Source of the DNA: Mustelus asterias
Taxonomy: Eukaryota
Length of the DNA stretch: 64,000 nt
NCBI RefSeq assembly: GCF_964213995.1
Contig: NW_027590213.1
Coordinates: 558,001 to 622,000 of the forward strand
Direction: 5' to 3'
Shown: positions 22,556-34,321 of the stretch, one piece after another
Position numbering within the stretch: the stretch's first letter is position 1
Layout: the number at the start of each line of letters is the position of its first letter
Position numbers and translations under genes: made by a program
The notes under the pieces: model-generated
Seen by the model: only the letters and a program-made list of their open reading frames with translations
Databases searched by the model: none
Told to the model about the DNA's origin: nothing

Positions 22556-24016
22556 ATGGAGCAGATGTTAAAACCTGAACGTCTTACACTGGATCCACGT
22601 GCGGCAGGCGCCTCTAACACCTTCGACCACTGGTTGAAATGTTTTGAGGACTACCTGGCAGCCTCCGCAGCGGTCACCACAGACGATGACAGACTCCGGG
22701 TCCTCCATGCGAGGGTAAGCGACACCGTATACCTCGCGATCCGTGCGGCCACCGACTACACAAGGGCCCTCGAGCTTCTTAAGAAGCGTTACATTAAACC
22801 GCCAAAGGAAATGCATGCTCGATACCTCTTAGCCACTCGACAACGGCAGCCCGGCGAAACGATGGAAGAATACGCGAACGAGCTCCTACAGCTAGCCAGG
22901 GGCTGTAACTGCAAAGCAGTGTCGGCAGACCAGAATATGAACAACCTCGCTCGAGATGCGTTTGTGGCGGGAATCGGATCATCTTATATCCGACTCAGAC
23001 TGCTGGAGCAAGGTAATCTTGATCTCACTAAGTCGATAGAACTAGCGGATATGTTGGAGACGGCCTCCAAAAGCCTAGTATTGTATCCTGAAGACCACGT
23101 GGAGACAACGTGGCAGGAGCAGTTGCTGATCCCTCCTCGTCCCTCGGGTTCGAAAAGCTGCGTGATGGTGTGCCCACACTCGGGCCTGACGACGGCAGCA
23201 GCTCCGGGCGGCCCGCGGTGTTACTTCTGTGGGGGAGCGAAGCATACTCTGCAACGGTGTCCCGCTAAAGCTGTGTTGTGCTCCACCTGCGGTAAGAAGG
23301 GGCACTATTCGCAAGTATGCCGGTCTAAACTTACTTCTAGGAACAGCAGTGCGGCCTGCGGCTCCCCGGAGCCCGGTTCTTCGTCGAGGGTTTCGTCCAC
23401 GTGCGAGGCCAGGACGACGCCATTACAGTCGACGGAGTCGGAGATGCGTGACCACCAGGGGTCGCTGATTTTGGCGCCATCACCCACATGCGACCTATGG
23501 GAGCGGCCATGTTGGTCGGCACCGACCGCAAACGACCAGCAGGGGTCATCTTCGTCTATCTCAGCTGCCTGCAGTGGCGCTCACGAACCAACGGTGGCGT
23601 CGATCATCCTGGACCAGGCCAAGCCGCACAGACTTGACAAGTCTATGATGGACATTCAGGTAAACAACCACTTGATTTATTGTCTGTTTGACAGCGGGAG
23701 CACTGAGAGCTTTATTCACCCAGACGCTGTGAAGCGGTGTGGCCTCCAGATCCAACCTGTCAAACAGACAATTTCCATGGCATCAAGGTCCCGGTCTGTC
23801 ACCGTGCTAGGGAGTTGCGTGGTAAATTTAACGGTGCAAGGCACGGTTTACGAGCGCTTCAAGCTCCTGGTGTTGCCGTACCTTTGCGCGCCAATACTCC
23901 TCGGACTAAATTTCATGGTCCACTTGAAGAGTGTAACCCTACAGTACGGTGGGCCACTCCCTCCGCTTTCAGTGGGAGAACAGCAGCTTCCAAATTGCCC
24001 AACACCCCGCCTGTAG
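22556..24016 (+). CDS. gag: Gypsy (Mag-like) gag-protease polyprotein, truncated before RT
   Basis: Intact 486-aa ORF; two CCHC knuckles (CYFCGGAKHTLQRC, CSTCGKKGHYSQVC); aspartic protease LFDSGSTESF; CpG-rich. Confidence 0.9.
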   Translation: MEQMLKPERLTLDPRAAGASNTFDHWLKCFEDYLAASAAVTTDDDRLRVLHARVSDTVYLAIRAATDYTRALELLKKRYIKPPKEMHARYLLATRQRQPGETMEEYANELLQLARGCNCKAVSADQNMNNLARDAFVAGIGSSYIRLRLLEQGNLDLTKSIELADMLETASKSLVLYPEDHVETTWQEQLLIPPRPSGSKSCVMVCPHSGLTTAAAPGGPRCYFCGGAKHTLQRCPAKAVLCSTCGKKGHYSQVCRSKLTSRNSSAACGSPEPGSSSRVSSTCEARTTPLQSTESEMRDHQGSLILAPSPTCDLWERPCWSAPTANDQQGSSSSISAACSGAHEPTVASIILDQAKPHRLDKSMMDIQVNNHLIYCLFDSGSTESFIHPDAVKRCGLQIQPVKQTISMASRSRSVTVLGSCVVNLTVQGTVYERFKLLVLPYLCAPILLGLNFMVHLKSVTLQYGGPLPPLSVGEQQLPNCPTPRL

Positions 24017-24022
24017 CCTCTC

Positions 24023-24570
24023 ATTCATTCAGTCATCTGACCTGCTGAAACACCAGCGAGTTCACACTGGGGGGAGGCCATTTATCTGCTCTGAGTGTGG
24101 GAAGGGATTCACTACCTCATCGATCCTGCTGACACACCAGCGAGTTCACACAGAAAAGAAACCTTTTAAATGTCCAAACTGTGAGAAATGCTACAAAACC
24201 TCTGAGAAACTGATGTCCCATCAACGTGTTCACACTGACGAGAGACCTTTCAGATGCTCTCACTGTGGGACTGGGTTCAGACAATCAACTCAACTAACTG
24301 CACACCAGCGAGTTCACACTGACGAGAGACCTTTTAAATGCCCAGACTGTGAGAAGCGCTATAAACGTTCTGGGGAACTGACGCGACATCAACGTGTTCA
24401 CACTGATTCAGGTGCTCTCACTGTGGAACTGGTGCAATCTTGTGCGATCTTCTCAACTCTCTGTACACCAACGAATTCACACTGGGGAGAGACCATTCAC
24501 CTGCTCTGAGTGTGGGGAGGAATGTACGACTACATCCCACCTGCTCAGACACCAGAGAGTTCACAAGTAA
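24023..24570 (+). pseudogene. 5'-truncated C2H2 ZNF array joined to the Gypsy element
   Basis: Half finger [14 protein letters not shown] plus 4 intact fingers; frameshift near 24405; terminal HQRVHK-TAA at 24568-24570. Confidence 0.85.
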
Positions 24571-24779
24571 CCACAGTGATTGGATGTTGCTGTTCCTCAC
24601 ATTCAGGATTGAACCATCTTCATTAGGGTCCGTTTACACTGGTAATAAACCCCAGCCACTTTAGGGGCTAATATTCTCACTAAAAGTCAAATAAATCAGC
24701 TTTGCGTCAAACTCACACACTGTGTTGACTCTTTTTAATATCTCAAACATAATAACAGGTAACACATACATGGCCACTC

Positions 24780-25210
24780 TCCTCACTGTGAATCCTTCAA
24801 TCTTTTCCAGGCTGTGTAACTGGTTAAAGCTCTTTCCACAGACAGTTCACTGGAATACTCTCACTCGAGTGTATGTGTCTCAGTGATTTTCCAGTCACAC
24901 TGATGTTTAAACAGTTTGAAGGGACAGACAAACATTTTCCATTCTAGTTTCAAATGCCGATGGTATTCAGATCCTAAATAATTGTGTGACTCTGTCAGAT
25001 CCTAACATCATGTTTGTTGAGATTTGTGTCTGTAAATTCTCCCCTTCTAATAGCCTGTGAAAGAAATTCACAAAAATCATTGCTGTCAGTACAGGATAAA
25101 AACTCAGAACAGACAATTCTAGTTTCTGTGGAACATTCTTTCCTCTCATTCTTGAAAATTTGTAAATCTCCATCCCAAACACTCTCCCTCCATTCTCACT
25201 TTGCTGGACC
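24780..25210 (-). pseudogene. Orphan ZNF splice-acceptor and 5' leader remnant without an array
   Basis: Conserved acceptor block gaaactagaattgtctgttctga..tcctgtactgacag..ttcacag plus fossil finger sequence. Confidence 0.65.
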
Positions 25211-25745
25211 TGCAATAGACATTGTCCTGAGGGTGCTGATTCATCCTAATCGACAGATCCGTGCTGACTGTTTCATGTACAGGACACATATTCCTGAAAT
25301 CTTCACACAGGATTGTGTCTAAGCATATAAAACATTTGCATATTTAGTGAACTAAAAATGTATGCAATATTCAGCACTCTATTACATGATTAGAGATACA
25401 GATGGGTGCGGAAGAACTTGACTTAGGGAGCAAGCAATCATGTTCTGGAACTCACTGACGATGAGAGTGGTGGAAGTGGAGACGACCAGTGATTTCAAAA
25501 TAAAATTGGTCGGGCACTTGAAGGAATTAAACGTACTGGGGAACAGGGATATCGTGGAAAAATGGCACTGAGTGGATTCCCCGACAGAGACTTGGCACGG
25601 ACTCAAGCTGCTGAATTGATTTATCTTGTGCTCTGATGCCTCTTTAACTGGAAAATATACAGAGTAGTTACAATACTATTCTGGAATTAAACAACATCAA
25701 CTGTAATACAAATCCATAAATAATATACCTAATATGCACCATATA

Positions 25746-25945
25746 GTAAGAAGTCTCACAACACCAGGTTAAAGTCCAACAGGTTTATTTGGAATCACAA
25801 GCTTTCAGAGCACTGCCCCTTCATCAGGTGAGAAGGAGCAGCGCGCTGAAAGCTCGTGATTCCAAATAAACCCATTGGACTTTAACCAGGTGTTGTGAGA
25901 CTTCTTACTGTGCTCACCCCAGTCCAACACCGGCATCTCCACATC
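25746..25945. mobile_element. Palindromic Penelope-derived mini-element; hammerhead motif at 25795-25831(-)
   Basis: Inverted arms; tcac-CTGATGA-A-GGGGC agt GCTCT-GAAA-GC-TT-gtga; 14-bp TSD atatgcaccatata at 25732-25745 and 25946-25959. Confidence 0.85.
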
Positions 25946-26312
25946 ATATGCACCATATAACAACACCAGACATATCAATGTTGTTACGATCCTCATGGTC
26001 ACCTTATAATAAACAAATTCCCACAAATCACAATAGAATAAACTGAATGACAATGTTTCATTTAAAAAAAATTTTACTTTAAAAATTAATCTAAAATTAA
26101 CATCACTGAATCATGCATTAAGAAACAGTATTTGAATAGACAAGATAAATTACACTTTAAAAAGCTCAGACAATAAAAACAGGTTCCACAAAATCACAAA
26201 CATTTCCCCCTCAGTATATTTAGCTCGAATTCCAGTTCCAGAGAATTTCTCTGTCTCTGTATTTTCCAGGGGGAGAAAGAAAGTGTTTTCCTCACAGATG
26301 TTGTCCAGAGGA

Positions 26313-26878
26313 TGAAGTTTGAGGCTGTGTGTGAAGTTGGAGTCTGTGTGTGAAGTTTGAGTCTGTGTGTGAAGTTTGAGTCTGTGTGTGAAGTTTGAGT
26401 CTGTGTGTGAAGTTTGAGTCTGTGGTGAAGTTTGAGTCTGTGTGTGAAGTTGGAGTCTGTGGTGAAGTTTGAGTCTGTGTGTGAAGTTTGAGTCTGTGTG
26501 TGAAGTTTGAGTCTGTGTGTGAAGTTTGAGGCTGTGTGTGAAGTTGGAGTCTGTGTGTGAAGTTTGAGTCTGTGTGTGAAGTTTGAGTCTGTGTGTGAAG
26601 TTTGAGTCTGTGGTGAAGTTTGAGTCTGTGTGTGAAGTTGGAGTCTGTGGTGAAGTTTGAGTCTGTGTGTGAAGTTTGAGTCTGTGTGTGAAGTTTGAGT
26701 CTGTGTGTGAAGTTTGAGTCTGTGGTGAAGTTTGAGTCTGTGTGTGAAGTTTGAGTCTGTGTGTGAAGTTGGAGTCTGTGTGTGAAGTTTGAGTCTGTGG
26801 TGAAGTTTGAGTCTGTGTGTGAAGTTTGAGTCTGTGGTGAAGTTTGAGTCTGTGTGTGAAGTTTGAGTCTGTGGTGAA
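26313..26878. repeat. 18/19-bp minisatellite, about 30 copies
   Basis: Unit tgaagtttgagtctgtg(t)g. Confidence 0.95.
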
Positions 26879-26959
26879 GCTACAAACAGAAGCTGTTCTG
26901 TTTCAAATCAAACTGCGGGACTTGGAAGAAAATGATGGGAAGAGATTTTGCAAAGTCCC

Positions 26960-27615
26960 CTCCTCCACCCCCTCAGCTGGCAGCCCAGCACGCAGGCGCA
27001 GAGAGCGCTGCTGAGCCGAGCTGTCCGGAGCAGGCGCAGAGAGCGCTGCTGAGCCGAGCTGTCCGGAGCAGGCGCAGTGCGGCTGCCGCCAGCGGTCGCT
27101 CTCGATCTCTTTTTGGAGCAGCAGCCGCCGTAGAGAGAGGGGGGAGGGGGAGATCACCGAGCGGCTTCTCGCTCTGGCCGGAGCCGTCAGCCGGTTGCCT
27201 GGAAACCTTGGCTCGAGGAGATGGCGGGGGAATCAATGGGAGGGGGCGGGGCTCCCATGTCTGCGCGCCCGGGCCTGCGCACTGGAACTCCAGGACGTCA
27301 CATCGGTACAGACTTATTCCTATTGGCTAATTCAGGCTAGGTTCCATTGTGACGTCACAATGCGGAAGTTGGCCAACGAGGTTCAGAGTGAAACTCCCGC
27401 TTCTCGACAACATCTGGGAGGAAATCAAAATTTCCCCCTTTCCATTTCTTTTCTCATTCTGGGGGAAATTGGGGACTTGCAGCAACTGATGGGTAAGGAA
27501 GTGAATCCAGGGAGCTGCAGACTCTGAAAACGTTCCAGACGAACATCGGAATTAGGAGCAAGATTAGGCCCAGGTATCTTTTTCTCTCTCAAAGACATTG
27601 ACATCCTTTAGCTCC
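26960..27615 (+). promoter_or_regulatory. CpG-island promoter and leader module of ZNF 28769-29630
   Basis: 38-bp tandem duplication at ~26993-27077; conserved GC module 27141-27198; ATTGG box; palindrome 27345-27362; CGGAAGT ETS site; leader module ~27450-27610. Confidence 0.7.
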
Positions 27616-27959
27616 CTCACTTTGACACGTTTATATATCTGGCTAATAGGATGGCCTCTTACCCAATGTTCATAATTCAAGGGGGAGTTTTCTCAGGAGA
27701 GGGCTAACATTTTAATGAACAGTAAATTTGTATGGGAGAGAGATATGTTTAATGTAGTTACATGGTATATACTATTTTATTTACGATTCCCTATTTCTTG
27801 TCTTAAAATATATAGCAGTGTATCAACATTATCTATTTTCAGTGATGGAAACATTACAACACAGAATAAGCAACTCAGATCCATGCCAACTCTCTGTGGA
27901 GCAATTCAGTCAGTCCCATTCCCTCTCTATATCCCCATTCCCCTGTGTTTCACGTCACA

Positions 27960-28240
27960 ATGGAATGGATGAGAGTTCCAAAGGAGCTGAGACTGGAGTA
28001 GAGTTGATCAATGGCACTGAGGTGGAAATAGGCGGTCTTGATGTGGCTGGAAGCTCAACTTGGGGTGAAATATTTTACCATGGTTGTAAACAGTTTGCTT
28101 CAGCCTCAGACAGTTGCCAGGAAGAAGGAGAGAGTTGCTGGCGAGGGAGTGAGTTTGTAGTGGGGACTGAAGACAATGGGTTCAGCCTTCCCAGTGTTTA
28201 TATGAAAGAAATTTCTGTTCTGTTAGTACTGGATGTCAGA
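27960..28240 (-). mobile_element. Old L2-like LINE fragment co-duplicated with ZNF units (also ~41330-41780, ~42850-43280, ~60360-60480)
   Basis: Shared ctgaggtggaaataggc...cagcctcagacagttgccagg; L2 identity is inferred. Confidence 0.55.
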
Positions 28241-28768
28241 TAAGTCAGGATGTTGTGTGAGTTGGAGAGGAACTTGAAGGTGATGGTGTTCCCATCTATT
28301 TGCTACCCTGGTCCTTCTAGGTGGGTGGAGGTTGAGGGTTTGGGAAACTTTCTGTCAAAGTTCCAATTGAGTTGTCAATGTACAAAATCCCTCTCCTTCA
28401 CCCTGACCTCTCCTACTTCTCTCTGTCTTCTCTCTGTGTCCAGAGTCTTGTGTCCAGACCGTGTGGCAGATTTCCTGCCCTGAAGGATATCAGTGAACCC
28501 ACTGGGTTTTTATGACAATCCAGCAGTTTTCATGATCACTTTTTCCTAGTGCCAGCCCCACAAATGACCAGATTCATTCAGCTCAATTTCACAACCTGAC
28601 TTTGTGTTTTTGTGGGTTCTCTCTCACTTCCTTTTTTCTGTTTTAAATCAATTCCACAGGGCTTTAGAAGAGGAGGATTTGCAGTTGGGAAACTGAAACC
28701 AAATATTATATCAAAACCTGATGGAGTTAGCCAATTTATTGTAACCTGAATATCATTGTGTTTTGAAC

Positions 28769-29630
28769 ATGGAAGGAAATAGCACAGTTCACAGTGAAGA
28801 GAAACTGTACACGTGTTCTGTGTGTGGACAAGACTTCAACCAATCATCCAGCCTTTCGGAACATAATTGCAGTCACAACAGGGAGAAGCTGTGGAGACTG
28901 TGGGAAGGGATTCGATTACCCTTCCCAGCTGGAGATTCATCGGCGCAGTCACAGCAGGGAGAGACCATTCACCTGCTCCCAGTGTGGGAGGGGATTCACT
29001 CAGTCAAACAGCTTACATATACACCAGAGAACTCACACTGACGAGAGACCATTCAACTGCTCCCAGTGTGGGAAAGGATTCACTGCCTCATCCCATCTGC
29101 TGAAACATCAGCGAATCCACACTGGGGAAAGGCCGTTCACCTGCTCTGTGTGTGGGAAGGGATTCACTCAGTCTTCCAACCTCGCATTACACCAGCGAAT
29201 TCACACTGGGGAGAGGCCATTCACTTGCTCCCAGTGTGGGAAGAGATTTGCTCAGTCAGCCACCCTCTTCACACACCAGCGGATTCACACTGATGAGAGA
29301 CCTTTTAAATGTCCAGACTGTGGGAAATGCTTTAAAAATTCTGTAAATCTGCACTACCATCAACGTGTTCACACTGATGAGAAACCATTCAGGTGCTCTC
29401 ACTGTGGGACTGGGTTCAAGCAATCATCTCAACTCACTGTACACCAGCGCACTCACACTGGGGAGAGACCCTTCACCTGCTCCCAGCGTGGGAATGGATT
29501 TGCTCACTCGTCCACTCTGCTGACACACCAGCGAATTCACACCGGGGAGAAGCCGTTCACTTGTTCCAAGTGTGGAAAGGGATTCAGTCAGTCATCCAAT
29601 CTGCTGAGACACCAGCGAGTTCACAAGTAA
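28769..29630 (+). pseudogene. C2H2 ZNF gene with a frameshift near 28890 (about 9 downstream fingers, one broken)
   Basis: [13 protein letters not shown] frame switches to the [17 protein letters not shown] frame; apparent 8-nt deletion in KPWKC. Confidence 0.75.
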
Positions 29631-29884
29631 CTGTTGTGATTGGATTTTGCTGTTTTCGTGTTCAGACTGAATCATGTACCTTTGGGTCTGTTTCTGCTGA
29701 ATTGAAAAGTGACTCCAGCTCTGTTATAGGTGTTGATATAATTGGTCTTCGAAGGGGAGGATTTGGGGTCAGGAAACTTGCACAAAACATCAGATCAGGA
29801 TTGGATGGAATTGCACAATGTATTGTAACCTGAACAGCAGAGAATTTTGAACAGGGAAGGAAATAGCACCGTTTTAATTATCTA

Positions 29885-31930
29885 ACAGTCGCGAGATTTG
29901 AGGAAGATTCCAGTAGATTGCAAAGTAGCAAATGTAACTCCTTTATTCAAAAAAAGGAGGGAGGCAAAAAGGAAACTAAAGACCACTTAATATAAAACCT
30001 GATGTAGGGAAAATATCTTTATTAAAGATATCATGAGAATGAGAAAAATTCAGACAACCAGAGAGAGTCAGCACGGTTTGAGAAAGGGAAATCATATTCA
30101 ACCTATTTATTGGAGTTCTTTGAAGGAGTCACATATACTTTGGATAAAGGGGGTCGGTTCGCTCAGTTGGCCGGGTGGCTGGTTTGTGATGCACAGCGAC
30201 ACCAACAGCACAGTTTCAATTCTCGTGCCAACCAAGGTTATTCATGAAGGTGCCGTCTCCTCAATCTTGCCCCTCACCTGAGGTGTGGTGATCCAAGATG
30301 ATGAAAGGTATGGATAAAGCAGACGTGGAACGGATGCTTCCTCTTCTGGGGCATTCTAGGATGAGAGGTCATAGCCTTAGGATAAGGGGCAGCAAAGTTA
30401 AAACAGAGTTGAGGAGAAACTGCTTCTCCCAAAGGGTTGTGAATCTGTGGAATTCGCTGTCCCAAAGGGTGGTGGATGCTGGGACAGTGAGTAAATTTAA
30501 AGAGGAGTTGGACAGATTTTTAATTGGTAATGGGTTGAAGGGTTATGGGGAGAAGGCAGGAAAATGGGGATGAGGAGGTTATCAGCCATGATCGAATGGC
30601 GGAACAGACTCGATTGGCCGAAGGTCTAATTCTGCTCCTATATCTTATGAATTTATGATCCTCAGGTTAAGTGACCACCAGTCAGCTCTCCCTCTCAAGG
30701 GGACATCTGGGAGATGGTGACTTTATATATTGGATAATGGGGCAGCAAAGGTGAATGTACTGTACTTAGATTTCCAAAATGCATTTGATAAGCTGCCACA
30801 TCAAAGCTTAATGTGGAAAATAGAATCTCACAGTGTGGGGGTAATATGGCATGGAAAGACGATTGGCGAGCTAACGGGAAACAGAGTTGGCACACATGGA
30901 TCTTTATCTGGTTGACAGGATGTGACGAGTGGTGTGCCAAAGCGATCAGAACTGGGACCTCTACTTTTAACAATTTATGTAAATGACTTGGATGCAAGCA
31001 TGGTCGCTAAATTTGCTGAGGACACAAAAGTAGAAAAGTAAGTTGTGAAGAGGATGTAAGGAGGCTACAAAGGGATGTAGATAAAGTTCAGCTAGTGGGC
31101 AAATATTTGGCAAATGGAGCATAACATGGGCAAATGTGGAATTATCAATTTTGGCAGGAATTCCTGCCAAATATTTCAAAAAACATTAAATAGTGAGAGG
31201 TTGCAGAGCTCTGAGATTCAGAGGTGTCCTAGTGCATGAATCACAAAAGGCTGGAATGCAGGTACAGCAAGTAATCAGGAAAGTTAATAGAATGTCATTG
31301 TTTATTGTGAGGAAATTGGTTACAAAAGGAGTGAGTTTATGTTTCAGTCAGACAGGACACTGGTGAGACCACATCTGGAGTGTTGTTAAAGTATTGAACT
31401 CCTTATTTAAGGAAAATGTAAATGCATTGGAAGCAGTTCAGAGAATGTCTACCAGACTAATACCAGAAATTGGCAGGTTGTCTTATGAGGAAAGATTGGA
31501 GAATCTGGGCTTGTTCACTGGAGTTTAGAAGAATAAGAGGGGCCTTGATTGAAACCTTTTACGTTTCTGAGGGCTATTGACTGGGTTGTTGTGGAAAGGA
31601 TGTTTTTTCTCTTGCAGGAGAATTTTGAACAAGGAGACACTGTTTAAAAATGTGTTTCAGACAGAGATAGGGAGAAGTGTTTTCTCTCAGAGGATCATGG
31701 ATCTTTGGAACTCTCTTCCTCAAAAGGCAGAGGAAGCAGAATCTTGGAATATTTTGAAGACAGAGCAAGATGGTCTCCTGATTAACAAGGAGATGGAAGA
31801 TTATTGGTGAGGGTAGTGGGCAGGAATGTGGGGTTGAGGTTACAATCAGATCAGCCACGATCTTATTGAATGGTGGAACAGGCTCGAGGGGCCAAGTGGC
31901 CTCCTTCTGTTCCTAATTATTATGTTCGAA
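29885..31930 (+). mobile_element. Old CR1 LINE with a nested tRNA SINE (~30152-30725) that itself contains a younger CR1 3' end (~30295-30655)
   Basis: Decayed RT motifs (YLDFQNAFDK); TSD tgatcc around the inner CR1 tail. Confidence 0.75.
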
Positions 31931-32054
31931 TGGGTCTGTTTCCATTGCTGTTAATAAACAACAGTCCATTTATAGATGTTAATATTGTGGATAATAGTCA
32001 AATAAATTGACTTTATGTTAAACACATGGCCTTTTTAATATCTTCAACACAGGT

Positions 32055-32587
32055 TCGTCCAATGATGTGCGGGTTAGGTTGATTGGCCGTGGTAAAATTG
32101 ACCCGAGTGTCTGTGGGAATAGCAGGGTCATTAAGTGGGGTTATGGGAATAGGGTCTGGGTGGGATTGTGGTCAGTGCAGACTGGATGAGATGCATAGCC
32201 TCCTTCTGCACTGTAGGGATTCTATAATTCTAGTCTTGTAATAGAATGGGGCAGCACGGTAGCACAGTGGTTAGCACTGCTGCTTCACAGCTCCAGGTAC
32301 CTGGGTTCAATTCTGGCCTCGAGTCACTGTCTGTGTGGAGTTTGCACATTCTCCTCGTGTCTGCATGGGTTTCCTCCGGGTGCTCCGGTTTCCTCCCACA
32401 GTCCAAAGGTGTGTGGGTTAGGTTGATTGGCCATGCTAAAATTGCCCCTTAGTGTCCTGAGATGTGTAGGTTAGAGGGATTAGTGGGTAAAATATGTAGG
32501 GATATGGGGGTAGGGCCTGGGTGGGATTGTGGTCGGTGCAGACTCGATGGGCCGAATGGCCTCTTTCTGCACTGTAGGGTTTCTATG
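32055..32587 (+). mobile_element. Two tandem HE1-like SINEs (partial plus full)
   Basis: Head at ~32247; tails ending ctgtaggg. Confidence 0.8.
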
Positions 32588-33379
32588 AGAACATTGTAAC
32601 TATGTTAATATATTTCCAGGCATCGTTATTCCAATAGAGAAGGAGTCCATGTCAACTCCTTATAGAGCAATCCAGTCAGACCCATTGCCCCTCCATCTAC
32701 TCATTCTCCTGCAAGATTATTTCCTTCAAGTGTGCCTCCAATTTCAGTTTGAAATCTTTAATTGCTTTCAATGCCACCAGATCCGTGGGCACCCAGTTCC
32801 AGATCATGATCACTCGCTGCACCCACCATATCTCCAACCAAGTAATGAGTGCTGCATATTACACACATTTGAACAGGAAGTGATGAGCATAGATTGGTTA
32901 ACCAACATGAATTGGCACCTTTAGGAGAATTGGGAGGGTGTATAGTGGGAAAAAGTAAAGAATTTTCTATAAAAATTGGAATTGTCTTTTCTGAATTTCT
33001 AAGTTGCACTGACAGTGATGAATTTTGGAAATTCGTGTTACAGGATATCAGAAGAGGATTTCCAGACAGAAATCTCAAAACAAATACTCATGGTGATCTG
33101 ACAGATTAACTCCATTCATCGGGACCTGGACAACATCCGCCTTTGGCATCTACAAAGAGAAATATTTGTCTGTTCTTCTGCTTCAAGAGATTTCAACCAT
33201 AAATGTGATTGGAAAAGCATGGACGCACATAGATCGGAGTGAGAGCGTTCCAGTGAACTGACTGTGGAAAAAAACTCCAACACAGCTTGAAAAGACAGCA
33301 CCAGTCACATTGGAGTGAGACCGTTCGGGTGTTTTGTTGTGGATGAGGCTTCAGCTAACTATCAAACTGGGAGAGACAC

Positions 33380-34321
33380 ATGGACACCAGCACCATGGAG
33401 AAGCCGTGGAAATGTGGAGACTGTGGTAAAGGATTCAATTTCTCACACCAACTGGAAACTCATCGATGTAATCACACTGGGGAGAGGCCGTTCATTTGCT
33501 TGGAGTGTGGGAAGGTATTTGCTCATTCATCCTCCCTGCAGACACACAAACGAGTTCACACAGGGGAGTGGCCATTCACCTGCCCTGAGTGCGGGAAAGG
33601 ATTCACAAGTTCATCCCACCTGCAGACACACAAGCGAGTTCACAGCGGGGAGAAGCCATTCACCTGCTCCGATTGTGGGAAGGGATTCAGTGAATCATCC
33701 AACTTGCTGATGCACCAGCGAGGTCACACCGGTGAGAAATGGTTCACGTGTTCAGAGTGTGGGAAGGGATTCACTCAGTTATCCCACCTGCAGACACACG
33801 AGCGAGTTCACACCGGGGAGAGGCCATTCATCTGCTCTGAGTGTGGGAAAGGATTCAGTAATTCATCCAACCTGCAGAGGCACCAGCGAGTTCACACCAG
33901 GGAGAGACCGTTCAGCTGCTCCGAGTGTGGGAAGGGATTCACTGATTCATCCTATCTGCTGATACATCAGCGAGTTCACACTGGGGAGAGGCCGTTCATC
34001 TGCCCTGAGTGTGGGAAGCGTTTCCCTTATGCATCAAATCTGCAGAAACATCGACGATTGCACACTGGGGAGAGACCATTCACCTGCCCAAATTGTGGGA
34101 AAACATTCACTCAGTCATCCCACCTGCAGACACATCAGCGGGTTCACACCGGAGAGAGACCATTCACCTGCTCTCAGTGTGAGAAAGGATTCAGTAATTC
34201 ATCCAACCTGCGGGCACACCAGCGAGTTCACACTGGGGAGAGACTGTTTACCTGCTCTGACTGTGGGAAAGGATTCACTCAGTCATCAAAGCTGCTGAGA
34301 CACCGGCGAGTTCACAAGTGA
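33380..34321 (+). CDS. C2H2 zinc-finger protein, 11 fingers
   Basis: Intact 313-aa ORF; accATGG Kozak at MEKPW; acceptor at ~33043. Confidence 0.9.
   Translation: MDTSTMEKPWKCGDCGKGFNFSHQLETHRCNHTGERPFICLECGKVFAHSSSLQTHKRVHTGEWPFTCPECGKGFTSSSHLQTHKRVHSGEKPFTCSDCGKGFSESSNLLMHQRGHTGEKWFTCSECGKGFTQLSHLQTHERVHTGERPFICSECGKGFSNSSNLQRHQRVHTRERPFSCSECGKGFTDSSYLLIHQRVHTGERPFICPECGKRFPYASNLQKHRRLHTGERPFTCPNCGKTFTQSSHLQTHQRVHTGERPFTCSQCEKGFSNSSNLRAHQRVHTGERLFTCSDCGKGFTQSSKLLRHRRVHK

Noticed and set aside
26313-26878. CRISPR-like regular repeats
   Set aside because: Head-to-tail units with no unique spacers, no cas genes, vertebrate context: a minisatellite
27570-27585. GTATCTTT as a U12-type donor
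   Set aside because: Paralogous donors are GTCTCT, GTTTCT and GTATCTCT, and the acceptors lack a TCCTTAAC branch site
33250-33270. TGA at a zinc-ligand Cys position (FQ*TDC) as selenocysteine
   Set aside because: The surrounding leaders contain other stops and frameshifts, paralogs have TGC/TGT/TAC, and I see no convincing SECIS; better explained as a fossil finger
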